A stretch of DNA of 64,000 nucleotides from a virus. Lineage: Duplodnaviria; Caudoviricetes. The notes under the pieces are model-generated. The model worked only from the letters and a program-made list of their open reading frames with translations. It ran no database searches and was not told the origin of the DNA. The position numbers were made by a program, and so were the translations under genes. Positions 1 through 9,099 of this stretch are shown here, piece by piece. Position 1 is the stretch's first letter; each line of letters begins with the position of its first letter. Location of the stretch: positions 31,584-95,583 of IMG/VR virus record IMGVR_UViG_3300006149_000006. One strand, given 5' to 3'.

Positions 1-420
1 TTTAGCGAAATACGAAGGGCTTTCCCAAGCAGAACAATCAGAACTGTGCGATTCCAGCATATTACGGTATTCAGCGGTGCAATCTGCTGGAAGCTCAAGG
101 TAACTATCCACGTCTGGGTAGGCATCAGCAGGGACGTTGTTCGACAGACTGAATTTATCGCCGTCCCATTTTAGGAAAAACAATGAAGAACGTTGATTAT
201 GAAAAACATCCGAAAACGCAAGCTTATCATCAATAATTTCAATCAAGTCTTCTGGACAGGTTTTTGCAATCAGCCACTCCTCCGAGAGACGGCAGCAGGA
301 GCACAAATAACGATTTGCAGCTTGATCTGTACATACGAACAAAATAGGTTCGCCATATTCATAAAATGTGTGTTCCAATGTCAATGTCCCGATCTGGGGA
401 AGATTCGCAAATTGACTCAT
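1..420 (-). CDS. Hypothetical protein, DUF6575-like (runs off the left window edge)
   Basis: Not in the ORF track. Translated by hand from ATG 420: MSQFANLPQIGTLTLEHTFYEYGEPILFVCTDQAANRYLCSCCRLSEEWLIAK..., open to base 1. RBS GGAGG upstream. The FYEYGEPILF..YL pattern recalls DUF6575. Confidence 0.7.
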   Translation of the reverse strand, partial: MSQFANLPQIGTLTLEHTFYEYGEPILFVCTDQAANRYLCSCCRLSEEWLIAKTCPEDLIEIIDDKLAFSDVFHNQRSSLFFLKWDGDKFSLSNNVPADAYPDVDSYLELPADCTAEYRNMLESHSSDCSAWESPSYFAK

Positions 421-429
421 AAGAACCTC

Positions 430-870
430 CTATCCTTCAGTTTTTATATAAAAGAGTCTGCTCGGATCTGCGTCATGGTAAAGCCACCAATCAATATGAG
501 ATGTTTTCTTACCAGTACGCTCTTTTGTTCTCTGTAGCGGTCCGAGCGCATAAGTCGCTTCACCCTCCATGATAAAAGCTGGTGGATTATATCTTTTCAA
601 ACATTTCAACGTATTTCGAGCTTCATTCACGTTTTTGAAGCAAGACGTGGAATATGTACCTGGGTCATCAAGATTCCATTTTGGTGGTTTGGGCTGAAGA
701 CCCTGTCGGACACTTTCGTAGGTGCTGAGAAATGCGTTTTTGTTAATTATACCACTTATGCATACACGATATACCTGCAATGTCAATGGGACAATATTTT
801 TAGGCAGTATATCCGTTTCAAAATTGGCTGGGAATGAATCCGGGAATTTGTTTGCAACTTCATTTTGCAT
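430..870 (-). CDS. Putative ADP-ribosyltransferase/RES-fold protein (toxin or defence effector)
   Basis: 146 aa with spaced motifs VYRV, YSTSCF and SHIDWW (R / S-x-S / H). Ends 9 nt upstream of the next gene. Confidence 0.5.
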   Translation of the reverse strand: MQNEVANKFPDSFPANFETDILPKNIVPLTLQVYRVCISGIINKNAFLSTYESVRQGLQPKPPKWNLDDPGTYSTSCFKNVNEARNTLKCLKRYNPPAFIMEGEATYALGPLQRTKERTGKKTSHIDWWLYHDADPSRLFYIKTEG

Positions 871-938
871 TAGTCACGAACCCCTTTGGTGTCGGTATTC
901 ATCAGTATACACAAGCGTTTAGCACTTGTATAATATTC

Positions 939-967
939 ATTATACACAAAATACGTTTCCGAGTCAA
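939..967 (-). promoter_or_regulatory. Sigma70/SigA promoter for the 870->1 gene pair
   Basis: Minus strand TTGACT-N17-TATAAT. Confidence 0.75.
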
Positions 968-1148
968 CATTATTTTAACTTTTATGCACAAAAATAAATT
1001 TTCCAGCAACCGACACATCATCCTGCAACAGCACTTCGGAACCACATCAACAGCTCAACCTGACCCAGAATAAGTCGGTAAGCCTCATCAAAGCTACCTC
1101 CGGGTAAAACAAAAAAACGCCCCGACCGCGAGGGCCGAGGGACTTATA

Positions 1149-1352
1149 TCATGCATTATTATGGAAAACATCTCTCGCAATATTTTCCAGCACTCTCCGC
1201 TGGTATTCTTTGATTTCCTCGTCATTCGGTTCCCTTACCCCATGCTCAAGAAAGAACATCACCAATGCGAGATACCCGACTTTATATGCGAAGCATTTCA
1301 AGGCACTGTAAATCAGAACCGTTACTAGCACAACCTGTAGCATCGTCCTCAC
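1149..1352 (-). CDS. Small membrane protein
   Basis: 67 aa with a hydrophobic N-terminal half, followed by a GC hairpin plus T-run at about 1107-1143. Confidence 0.5.
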   Translation of the reverse strand: MRTMLQVVLVTVLIYSALKCFAYKVGYLALVMFFLEHGVREPNDEEIKEYQRRVLENIARDVFHNNA

Positions 1353-1509
1353 CCCTATCCATATGCTGCTTCTTCAGACGCTTTGGACTTGAATCAACAA
1401 TTCAAATGCTTGGGCTATCAATCGAATCATCGGCGGGCGGCTGGAACCTTGCGGCTTCCAAGATCGTAAAATTTTCCAGAGCCAGAAGTAATATAATAAC
1501 CCCGTTATT

Positions 1510-1890
1510 TTAACATTGAGCCTTTGGGGAGAACACTAATATCGCTTTTCTTGCAAGGGACAGCGCCTGAGTATCGCTTAGCATTATTTCAGTTTTACTG
1601 CCATGAATTTCGCTGTGGTACTTATTCGTTGAGGACGGACAATATTTTACATATGCTTGCACCGTATTGCAATCCTTCACAGTGAGCGAAACTATCACCC
1701 CTGTAAGAGTCTTCCTTATAAAATTTATTGATTCCTGTAGAGACTGGTCATATACACGATTGACAGATAGACCATTTTTATCCTTAAATGCCGCGCTAGA
1801 GAGCTTGCCGTTCCTCCAAAAATTCGGACGCTGATTAGCTGGCCAAACCGCTCTCAGCAGTAACTCCATCTCATCAAACTCAAAGGGCAT
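1510..1890 (-). CDS. Putative ART/RES-fold protein
   Basis: Motifs LLRAV, SSAAF..GLSVNR and YHSEI. Likely start MPFEF at 1890 overlaps the end of the upstream gene. Confidence 0.5.
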   Translation of the reverse strand: MPFEFDEMELLLRAVWPANQRPNFWRNGKLSSAAFKDKNGLSVNRVYDQSLQESINFIRKTLTGVIVSLTVKDCNTVQAYVKYCPSSTNKYHSEIHGSKTEIMLSDTQALSLARKAILVFSPKAQC

Positions 1891-2218
1891 AGAACTTATC
1901 AACTTCCTCGCTCATCAATCCTATCGGGATGTCTTTTGTCTCCGTTTTGTCATCGTGACTGCAAAAAAATTTCTTCAATCTTCCGCCCTCAAATAACTCG
2001 AATTCCAGATAATCTCCATTCTCATTTTCGTATTCGAGTTGGATGCTATCTCTGGCTGTCGGAAATATCTCGGGTTGCGTTTTGAGACTTTCGACAATAT
2101 ATTTAAGCGTATCCAAAATCTCATTTGAAAATTTAGACGCACCATTCTCGTTCCAATTATCTGGCAAATCACGAATCTCTGATATCCGATTGTAGCTTGT
2201 CTGCAAAGCGGTATTCAT
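1880..2218 (-). CDS. Acidic hypothetical protein, putative antitoxin/immunity partner
   Basis: LPDNWNENGA...PEIFPTARDSIQLEY pattern. Overlaps the downstream ART-like gene. Confidence 0.55.
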   Translation of the reverse strand: MNTALQTSYNRISEIRDLPDNWNENGASKFSNEILDTLKYIVESLKTQPEIFPTARDSIQLEYENENGDYLEFELFEGGRLKKFFCSHDDKTETKDIPIGLMSEEVDKFYAL

Positions 2219-2297
2219 GACAGAATCACCATCCAAACACAAAGTGATATTACCATATTGTTTATTTTTTCAACCGTAGGTGCATTTCTATAATTTT

Positions 2298-2326
2298 ATT
2301 ATACACCCCGGGCAAAAGGCTGTCAA
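2298..2326 (-). promoter_or_regulatory. Consensus SigA promoter for the 2218->1510 pair
   Basis: Perfect TTGACA-N17-TATAAT on the minus strand. Confidence 0.85.
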
Positions 2327-2475
2327 CAACGACATTACGCTTCTGTGAAAATTTCCTTCATACTCAATGCTGTACCTCCGGTATGTTTGATTTCCTTTAT
2401 AGTACACCGCGAACCGGGGTTTGTCGTCCCCGGCTCACGATGCAGTACCAGTGTTTAGAGCGTTACTTCCCGTTT

Positions 2476-2625
2476 TTACTGCCCCGTTCCGCCGAACGCC
2501 GCAGGAACCAGATCAGCAAGGCCGCTGTCAATCAACACCTCGGCACACCCCGCCTGCAATGCTCTCGGAACATCCTCAAACGCCGTCTTACCAAGAATTA
2601 CCCTCTGTGCAAAAAACATAGCCAT
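2476..2625 (-). CDS. XkdX/CD1375-like small tail-associated protein
   Basis: Hand translation MAMFFAQRVILGKTAFEDVPRALQAGCAEVLIDSGLADLVPAAFGGTGQ (49 aa). Typical position after the tail fibre chaperone. Confidence 0.7.
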   Translation of the reverse strand: MAMFFAQRVILGKTAFEDVPRALQAGCAEVLIDSGLADLVPAAFGGTGQ

Positions 2626-2675
2626 TATTAGAAACATCCTTTCAAAATATATTTGTACCCGCTAAAATGCGGATA

Positions 2676-3083
2676 TCATACGTTGTATACCTGTGCAGCC
2701 ATTTCGGCAATACAGTCCTCCAAAAAATCTTGCCTGCCGCTTGCCGCTGCAATCTGCGCCCGCAGCAGCGCGTTATCTGCCCGCAGCTGCTCCATTTCAG
2801 ACGGCGGCGGTTCAGGAATAGCAGCACGATCCACCGCGATCTCTTCTTCGGTGCGCGGCTTAACAGCCTGTCCGTCCCACTTGTACAGAGGGATGCCGTC
2901 TGCGTCATAGAAGGAAGGGTTTTCCTCATCGTCCGACGTAAACCGGAATTGGTAACCACCCTTGTCGCTTATGCAGATAGCGTCCGTTGTATCGCGGTCA
3001 GGGTGCGGACCATCGCTCCAATAGCTGATGATTGCGCCATCGGCGCGGGTTTTGATGTAGTGCTTGTTGTAATATTCGTTCAT
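2676..3083 (-). CDS. Tail fibre assembly/XkdW-like protein
   Basis: C-terminal PPPSEMEQLRADN..LEDCIAEMA coiled coil, directly after the RBP. Confidence 0.6.
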   Translation of the reverse strand: MNEYYNKHYIKTRADGAIISYWSDGPHPDRDTTDAICISDKGGYQFRFTSDDEENPSFYDADGIPLYKWDGQAVKPRTEEEIAVDRAAIPEPPPSEMEQLRADNALLRAQIAAASGRQDFLEDCIAEMAAQVYNV

Positions 3084-3094
3084 AATTTTCCTCC

Positions 3095-4162
3095 CTAAAT
3101 ATTGGAATCTAAAATAATTTTCGCAGTACTATCTCTCGTTGATATACTCAGTACCGGATAAACGGTATCGGTTGGTGTTGCATCCAATGCAAGCCGCACA
3201 GACATAGGTGTATCCAATATCGCCCAGACACAAGATTTAATAAGCACACTTTCTATTTTTCCGGATTTCAGGAAGTTTGCATAGATTTCTCCTTCGAAAG
3301 ATACTGTTGGATTTTTTTGCATAGTAGCTGGAATCGTAAAAGCGACACGAAGGCCGTTTTGCGTTGTTCCTGTTGCTCCGGATGCCGGGGAATTAGACCA
3401 TGTAGGCAACCTGATGACAACCTGATACCGCTGGCACTTTGTCAGCTCCGTTGCATAATTCGGGACTTCGTTGAGCACCCAAACACCGTTTTCTTTGTGT
3501 GCAAGTGTTTGACGATGGCCAAGTTCAAGTTTCATTGCGGCAACATCTACAATACCTTTATTTCCTGGTGTAATGGAAACATTAAAATGATCTTGCATTC
3601 CATTCGGAATAGCGAATGTAAACGATACTACCTCGTATTCTGTATTTTTATAATACCCTGCTTGTTCAGTAATGTTACTATCGTAAGTCGTTCCATACGA
3701 AAGAGTAAAATAAGAACCACTAACAAGTTTTGCAAGTGCAGAAAGCGTTACGGTTTTGCCCTCCAATTCTTTGAAATGCCCAATCCTCTGCGAGAATATT
3801 GATCGGTAGTCGTTCGCGCTCGCATCAACACGAATACCATCAGGAAAAAGAGTTGTAATAACAGATGTATACGTGCGCCATCTATCAATCGTATAATTAA
3901 CATTAGTGTACTCCGTCTGTCCCCTCTGATTCACCGGATTCGCAAAATACCAATTATCCAGCAGATTCTGATTACTGAAAGAACGGTAATACTCTGCAAT
4001 CGAGGTCACCCCATCCGGCATCAAGAACTTATCAGCTGTAAAGTTTTTTGCAAACTGTGAAGCAGGAAGCTGGGCAACGCCCCCCTCTCTATTAACTATA
4101 AAAGAGTCTGTCAACTCGTTCAAAAATTCAATTTTTTGAAGTTTTTCAGGCTTCTGTGCCAT
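3095..4162 (-). CDS. Receptor-binding/tail fibre protein with carbohydrate-binding-like domain
   Basis: NLLDNWYF.NPVNQRG...YTIDRW...KLELG...YATELTKCQRY signature of Firmicutes phage fibres. Confidence 0.75.
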   Translation of the reverse strand: MAQKPEKLQKIEFLNELTDSFIVNREGGVAQLPASQFAKNFTADKFLMPDGVTSIAEYYRSFSNQNLLDNWYFANPVNQRGQTEYTNVNYTIDRWRTYTSVITTLFPDGIRVDASANDYRSIFSQRIGHFKELEGKTVTLSALAKLVSGSYFTLSYGTTYDSNITEQAGYYKNTEYEVVSFTFAIPNGMQDHFNVSITPGNKGIVDVAAMKLELGHRQTLAHKENGVWVLNEVPNYATELTKCQRYQVVIRLPTWSNSPASGATGTTQNGLRVAFTIPATMQKNPTVSFEGEIYANFLKSGKIESVLIKSCVWAILDTPMSVRLALDATPTDTVYPVLSISTRDSTAKIILDSNI

Positions 4163-4436
4163 TATTTTGCTCCATTTCTCCCACCGAAAGGAACGTCGGG
4201 TGCGATTCCTCTAATCGATTGTGGGCTGCAATTTTTTCGTCAATCATAGCCGCAACCTCTTCTACGGTAGGACATTTGCTGAGGGCAGCTTGTAATTCAG
4301 CAACATCATTTGAGGCGACCGCATTACCACTTTCATCAAATCCAACTACCTGTCCAACAGTGCCAACAAGCTTATCTTGTTTCTTGTCTAAATTATCACC
4401 TTCGCTCGCCGGAAAAGTAGAAAAAATCACGGTCAT
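4146..4436 (-). CDS. Short fibre N-terminal adaptor protein
   Basis: N-terminus (FSTFP..KQDKLVG..GQVVGFD..GNAVA) is paralogous to that of 5123..6823. Confidence 0.65.
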   Translation of the reverse strand: MTVIFSTFPASEGDNLDKKQDKLVGTVGQVVGFDESGNAVASNDVAELQAALSKCPTVEEVAAMIDEKIAAHNRLEESHPTFLSVGEMEQNNGTEA

Positions 4437-4463
4437 CCCTCCTTTCCTTTCTTTTGTTATACA

Positions 4464-5111
4464 TTAAACGATTTCTATCCAATCATCAGGTACCACTTCC
4501 GGACTGAAATTGGTATCCCTCAATGCTTGCATAATCTTACCGTTTATCCACTCTGCATATTCTCCTGCTTTATATACGTCGTGCGCTCCTGTAGGTGGCT
4601 TATACGGAAGAGCAGCATCAGGGGATGTCCCATGATAGGGCGACCACAAAGACGGTGCATCTGCTGGGTTCCAGCCACTGTTTGCCGTACTGTCATGCGA
4701 CTGACAGCAACTATATGGAATATTTTCATACAGGCGTACATCCCCGGTTGAATATGTCCCAGGTTTCCACACTTCTGCAAGACCACGGCACCGGATAATG
4801 TCATCCGCTTCCATCGTGGCTACCTGCGTTCGAAACATCATCCGCGCCATTGCAGTTACTCCTTGGCTTTCAAGTGCCCGTCTCTGCATTTGAAAGGCTT
4901 CTTCTGCTGCTTCCTGCATTTTCTTTTCTTCAAATGCTGCCCTTCGGCTGGTATCTTCTACAATGTCAGCAATAGCCGTCCTATCCTCATTCAAAATCAG
5001 TTTAGAGAACGCCCTATACCGGTTAAACTTCTCTTGCAGTTCCGGCGTAAGATTCCACGATATATCAGGAATTTCATAAGGCGTGGTTGTTAAATCTTCT
5101 TGTATGTACAT
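4464..5111 (-). CDS. Tail-associated protein with ChtBD3/CBM5-12-like carbohydrate-binding repeats
   Basis: WKPGTYSTGD..Y.CCQSHDS...W.P..APSLW and PTGAHDVYKAGE motifs. Confidence 0.65.
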   Translation of the reverse strand: MYIQEDLTTTPYEIPDISWNLTPELQEKFNRYRAFSKLILNEDRTAIADIVEDTSRRAAFEEKKMQEAAEEAFQMQRRALESQGVTAMARMMFRTQVATMEADDIIRCRGLAEVWKPGTYSTGDVRLYENIPYSCCQSHDSTANSGWNPADAPSLWSPYHGTSPDAALPYKPPTGAHDVYKAGEYAEWINGKIMQALRDTNFSPEVVPDDWIEIV

Positions 5112-5122
5112 GTTAGCCTCCT

Positions 5123-6823
5123 TTATCCGATTGCAAAATAGGCGTAAGTGTATCCGTCCTCGTTCATAGCAATATATCCAAATCTTGTGTTTGTTCTATA
5201 TCTAGCATTTCTAACATTAAACCCGGTGGATGTTATTTCTAAACAGGCTGCCAGATTTGTAGTGCTATCACCTTGAGAACTTTTGAAAGGATACCCGTCA
5301 TATGCATAATTTGAATACACATACACAGTATATCGCTCATCATAATACATCGACCACGGGGCCTCTGCGGCGCTAAGACTAACACAGCCCACAAATACAA
5401 ATTTAGGTCTAAACCCAAGATTTATAGAACGAGCGGACTGAAAGGAATTTGTAGTATAACTTGGTACCGCCACATTCCCCACATAAGTCCCTGTTGCGAT
5501 CTTCGCACCGCCGCCCGAAAACTCTTCTCCGTTCAGCAGAAGTTTTTGCGTGACAAGATTTATTTGTTTGTTGCCCTTAATCTCAAGACAATCATCCGTA
5601 GGCTCATACAAATAAACATAGTCACTATCGCCAAGGTTTAGCTTCATGCCATAATTTCCAGAACCTTTGATTCTAAGATTCCCGGTCAGAGTGCCGCCTG
5701 TGCTGGGAAGTGCACCGACCTCGGACGCAGTGTAGGTAGGCTTTGCCGCTGCTTGTGCCCATGCTGATACAATCGCATTCCTTAAATTTGTAAATGATAT
5801 CTTTTTACCTGTTGCTGCGCTAGTGTCTCTAAATGGGAATAAATCATTCGTAGCAACAGTTGTCTCTTCGCTTAGATTACTTACAAGATTTCCAATCGCA
5901 GATGGCGAACTCGTTCCGCCTGTGCCGCCGCGCGATGTAGGCAGCGTACCAGATGTAATATTTGTTGCACTATGATTATGGGATGTAGGCGCTCTGGTGC
6001 TGATTTGAGTATCGACATATAGCTTATTGGAAGCATCATGATTGAATTCGGGATCTTTTATACCTATTAACCTAACAAGATCTGTCGTTGTATCTTTATC
6101 TGCTTCAGTATCGCCATTACTTATAGTTGGACTAGATATCGTTGGACTACGAAATCTAATAACAGGCTTACTAGAATTAAGTTTAATGAGCGGATTTAAC
6201 AAAAATTTGTTGTTCATATCGAGATTTCCTGCCATAGTCCCCCCAGCCAGCGGAAGATATTTTGCGGCTTTATCATCTACGTATTTTTTGTTGGCGGCAC
6301 CATTATCAGTTACTGGTTCTGATAAACCTTTCAAAAATATTGGAACTTTTGTCGTATCAGATTCACTAGCTACAATAGCAACTTTGGAATTAAAATGTCC
6401 AAGCCATATAGTATTTCCATTTTGGTTTAACCCAATAGCTGAGAGTTTTTCACACGCGCTCTTATTAAAATTCACACTGCCACTCATCGTCCCCCCGCTC
6501 AACGGCAGCGCTCCAACCTGCTCTGCGGTATGAGTATGAGTGTTGTCAGCCTTATTTGCAAGTTCTTCGTCGATTTCTGGATGCGAATGATCGACTGGAG
6601 CCGCACCGACTTGTTCCGCTGTATAATCCCCAGTCTGCGGACTGACAGTTCCATGCCTACCATTAAACGATACGACACCAGTATCAGGAGCCTCTTGCGC
6701 AACAGCGTTCCCATCAGCATCAAATCCAACAACTTGTCCCGGCATACCAGTTAATTTATCCTGTTTATCAGCTAACCCACTTTGTTCTCCCATTGGAAAC
6801 GCAGAAATAATCATTTTCATCAA
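5123..6823 (-). CDS. Tail fibre protein
   Basis: Repeated HTHTAEQVGALP.SGGT and AANKKYVD motifs; C-terminal TGTYVGN...NLGFRPK..YAYFAIG head domain. Confidence 0.8.
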   Translation of the reverse strand: MMKMIISAFPMGEQSGLADKQDKLTGMPGQVVGFDADGNAVAQEAPDTGVVSFNGRHGTVSPQTGDYTAEQVGAAPVDHSHPEIDEELANKADNTHTHTAEQVGALPLSGGTMSGSVNFNKSACEKLSAIGLNQNGNTIWLGHFNSKVAIVASESDTTKVPIFLKGLSEPVTDNGAANKKYVDDKAAKYLPLAGGTMAGNLDMNNKFLLNPLIKLNSSKPVIRFRSPTISSPTISNGDTEADKDTTTDLVRLIGIKDPEFNHDASNKLYVDTQISTRAPTSHNHSATNITSGTLPTSRGGTGGTSSPSAIGNLVSNLSEETTVATNDLFPFRDTSAATGKKISFTNLRNAIVSAWAQAAAKPTYTASEVGALPSTGGTLTGNLRIKGSGNYGMKLNLGDSDYVYLYEPTDDCLEIKGNKQINLVTQKLLLNGEEFSGGGAKIATGTYVGNVAVPSYTTNSFQSARSINLGFRPKFVFVGCVSLSAAEAPWSMYYDERYTVYVYSNYAYDGYPFKSSQGDSTTNLAACLEITSTGFNVRNARYRTNTRFGYIAMNEDGYTYAYFAIG

Positions 6824-6860
6824 CTCCTTTCATCTATCTACAATTACCAAATTTGTAATA

Positions 6861-7265
6861 TTATCCAATGAGAATTAGCGTTACAGGAATATCGCATGAT
6901 GGAATCTGTCCAGCAACAGAAATAGTTAATCGTCCATTCTCTTGGCCGCTTACATATAGTTTTGCGGCACAAGCTTCTTCAAACTGTTCTCTTGAAATAT
7001 TCTGAGATATATTGATAATCCCATTTTGCAAATCTGTCAATGCATCAATCGTAAGCGTTTGTGTCACTAGACTATCCGAGCCAATCCATGCGGATGCTTT
7101 CAATACAGTATCAATATATCTGCTGTTCTCGGCTTTTTGTGCAAGAATATTATCAATCTTTGTCATGTTAGAGTTAGTTTCGCCAAATACTTTTTTGCGC
7201 ACATCTATAACCATTTCGCTGCTGTCATCTGTAACGTATAGTCCATAATTTGCGGTTTCACTCAT
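6861..7265 (-). CDS. Tail fibre adaptor protein
   Basis: MSETANYGL N-terminus; C-terminal LKASAW..NG.I.IS..CDIPVTLILI domain shared with 7282..8037. Confidence 0.65.
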   Translation of the reverse strand: MSETANYGLYVTDDSSEMVIDVRKKVFGETNSNMTKIDNILAQKAENSRYIDTVLKASAWIGSDSLVTQTLTIDALTDLQNGIINISQNISREQFEEACAAKLYVSGQENGRLTISVAGQIPSCDIPVTLILIG

Positions 7266-7281
7266 AATTAGCCTCCTTTAA

Positions 7282-8037
7282 TTAGGGAATCAGCATAATC
7301 GTTACAGGAATATTACATGCCGGTAAATTCCCACTCGCCGAAATAGTGATACTTCCATCTGACTGATCGGCTACACGAAGATTCGCCTCCTTCGCCGCCT
7401 TTATTTGTTCGTCCGTAGCATCTCTTGCAATGCTAATTACGCCGTTTTGCTTCTCATATAACCCATCCACTCTGACTGTCTGTTGATTATTACTCCATGC
7501 CGATGCTTCCAACGTAATATATACCATATGACTTGAATTGTCAGTTGGAAGAAGAACAATAGACACTGGAATATCACAATCTGGAATTTGGCCATCCGCA
7601 TGAACTATGAGCGAATTTTTATCTTGGTTCGATATTACCAAATTGGCATTAGCTGCTGCTGTCATCTGTTCGTCTGTCGCAGCATCCGAAATTCCAATAA
7701 TACCATTTCGTTCAGATCCAAACCTATGATCTGTAATTGTTTGTTCATTATCACTCCATGCATTTTGCAGAAGTACAGCTTCAACAAGAATACTGGATGA
7801 AGAACCATTAAAATTATCAAACGGAAGCTCATTATACCGTTTTCCTCCGTATCCTGTTTTATGTCGAATCACACCATCGCTACAAACCACAGTAACCATC
7901 TCTCCATCTAAAAGAACTGGATTTTTGCTTTCCCAACTCTCTACAGTGTCCCTGCGCTGCTGAAATGTTCCAGTAACTTTTCGTTCATTCATTTTCATAT
8001 CACGCTCATTTCTTTCAAAATTTTTGCTATAAAACAC
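7282..8037 (-). CDS. Fibre adaptor: Mtd-N/hyaluronidase-N-like domain plus two tandem adaptor domains
   Basis: QQRRDT..WESKNPVLLDGE..KTGYG..YNELP, then two L..AW..Q..NG.I.I..AT.EQ..AA..ANL..C.IPV repeats. Confidence 0.65.
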   Translation of the reverse strand: MFYSKNFERNERDMKMNERKVTGTFQQRRDTVESWESKNPVLLDGEMVTVVCSDGVIRHKTGYGGKRYNELPFDNFNGSSSSILVEAVLLQNAWSDNEQTITDHRFGSERNGIIGISDAATDEQMTAAANANLVISNQDKNSLIVHADGQIPDCDIPVSIVLLPTDNSSHMVYITLEASAWSNNQQTVRVDGLYEKQNGVISIARDATDEQIKAAKEANLRVADQSDGSITISASGNLPACNIPVTIMLIP

Positions 8038-8083
8038 GGCTGTTATACCCCAATATAGTACAACAGCCGCTAATCGTTTTTAT

Positions 8084-9040
8084 TTATGCGTGCCCGCCAT
8101 CAAAGGCAAACACATCACCTTCATCAAGCACTGTATCGGGCAATGTATACACATTCATTTCTGTGCCATCAACTTTGACATTACCATTGGTATCCGATTC
8201 CTCCACTTTCGTAGCCTTATCCTCAAGAGTAGTTACTCGGTCTGCAAGTGCCGTAAGATTCTCAGCTGTTGCATAATCACCAATTCTCAGTGCTGCAATA
8301 GCCGCCTCTACATAAGCTTTAACAGTCGTATATTCCAAGCCCTCTGAATCCATTCCAAGTGCAAGTTTCGCCTGCAATGCGCTAATTGCAGTGTTTATAG
8401 AAGCCGCATCATTAGGATGATTTTGAATCCACTGTGCGATTTCAGCCAAAGTATCTAGCGATTCCTGCGCATTTTCTGGAATCAACTGCTTAACAAGCTC
8501 TTCGTTTGCAATCGTCCGAACACTCTTACTGGTATCCGTGCCAACCAATGTGTCGACCGTTTCTTCGACCGCAGTCACACGACCAGCAAGCGCCGTATCA
8601 TCATACACCGCATCGGGCGTAATAATTGTTGCTTCCAAAGTCCAATCTTCTGCACCAATTTCTTTACTGAATACCTTCAGCATGTGTTTATCTGTCTTGT
8701 CCTGTTCGATTTTATACTTTGTATTTGTGTCCTGAATCGTCGTACCAATATAATCAGCAAGACCGGAAATTTCATCTGCTGTATATTCAGGTTTTGTATC
8801 CGCCTTAGCCCAATCGCTTACATCACCAGCAAACGCCGAAACATACGGCAAGTCTTTAAATGCGGTTGTTCCATCTCCAACTTTAAGGAGTGTCCCCGCT
8901 TCGTTCATCCCAGGGAATGAATTTTTAGGGACAAACACGACACAAAGTTCACGATCTTTCAGAATTGGATTTTTTGTGGTCCAATTTTCCAGAGTATCGC
9001 CTTTTTGCTGGAATGAACCCCTAATAATTCTATCAGCCAT
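8084..9040 (-). CDS. Fibre segment protein with Mtd-N/hyaluronidase-N-like domain
   Basis: GDTLENW..KNPIL..KVGDG.T.F.DLPY; LDTLAEIA motif; ends FAFDGGHA. Confidence 0.7.
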   Translation of the reverse strand: MADRIIRGSFQQKGDTLENWTTKNPILKDRELCVVFVPKNSFPGMNEAGTLLKVGDGTTAFKDLPYVSAFAGDVSDWAKADTKPEYTADEISGLADYIGTTIQDTNTKYKIEQDKTDKHMLKVFSKEIGAEDWTLEATIITPDAVYDDTALAGRVTAVEETVDTLVGTDTSKSVRTIANEELVKQLIPENAQESLDTLAEIAQWIQNHPNDAASINTAISALQAKLALGMDSEGLEYTTVKAYVEAAIAALRIGDYATAENLTALADRVTTLEDKATKVEESDTNGNVKVDGTEMNVYTLPDTVLDEGDVFAFDGGHA

Positions 9041-9060
9041 TTTATCACTTCCTTTTCACA

Positions 9061-9092
9061 AAATAAAAGGGGGAATATGATACTCCCCCTAA
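9061..9092 (-). terminator. Probable intrinsic terminator inside the fibre cluster
   Basis: Minus strand GGGGAGTAT-C-ATATTCCCC followed by CTTTTATTT. Confidence 0.5.
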
Positions 9093-9099
9093 TTTTCAA

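Noticed and set aside
4146..4162. Programmed frameshift joining the adaptor and RBP ORFs
   Set aside because: No slippery heptamer; the downstream ORF has its own RBS and ATG
2383..6823. Diversity-generating retroelement or shufflon at the fibre genes
   Set aside because: No reverse transcriptase, adjacent invertase, TR/VR pair or inverted crossover repeats found by eye
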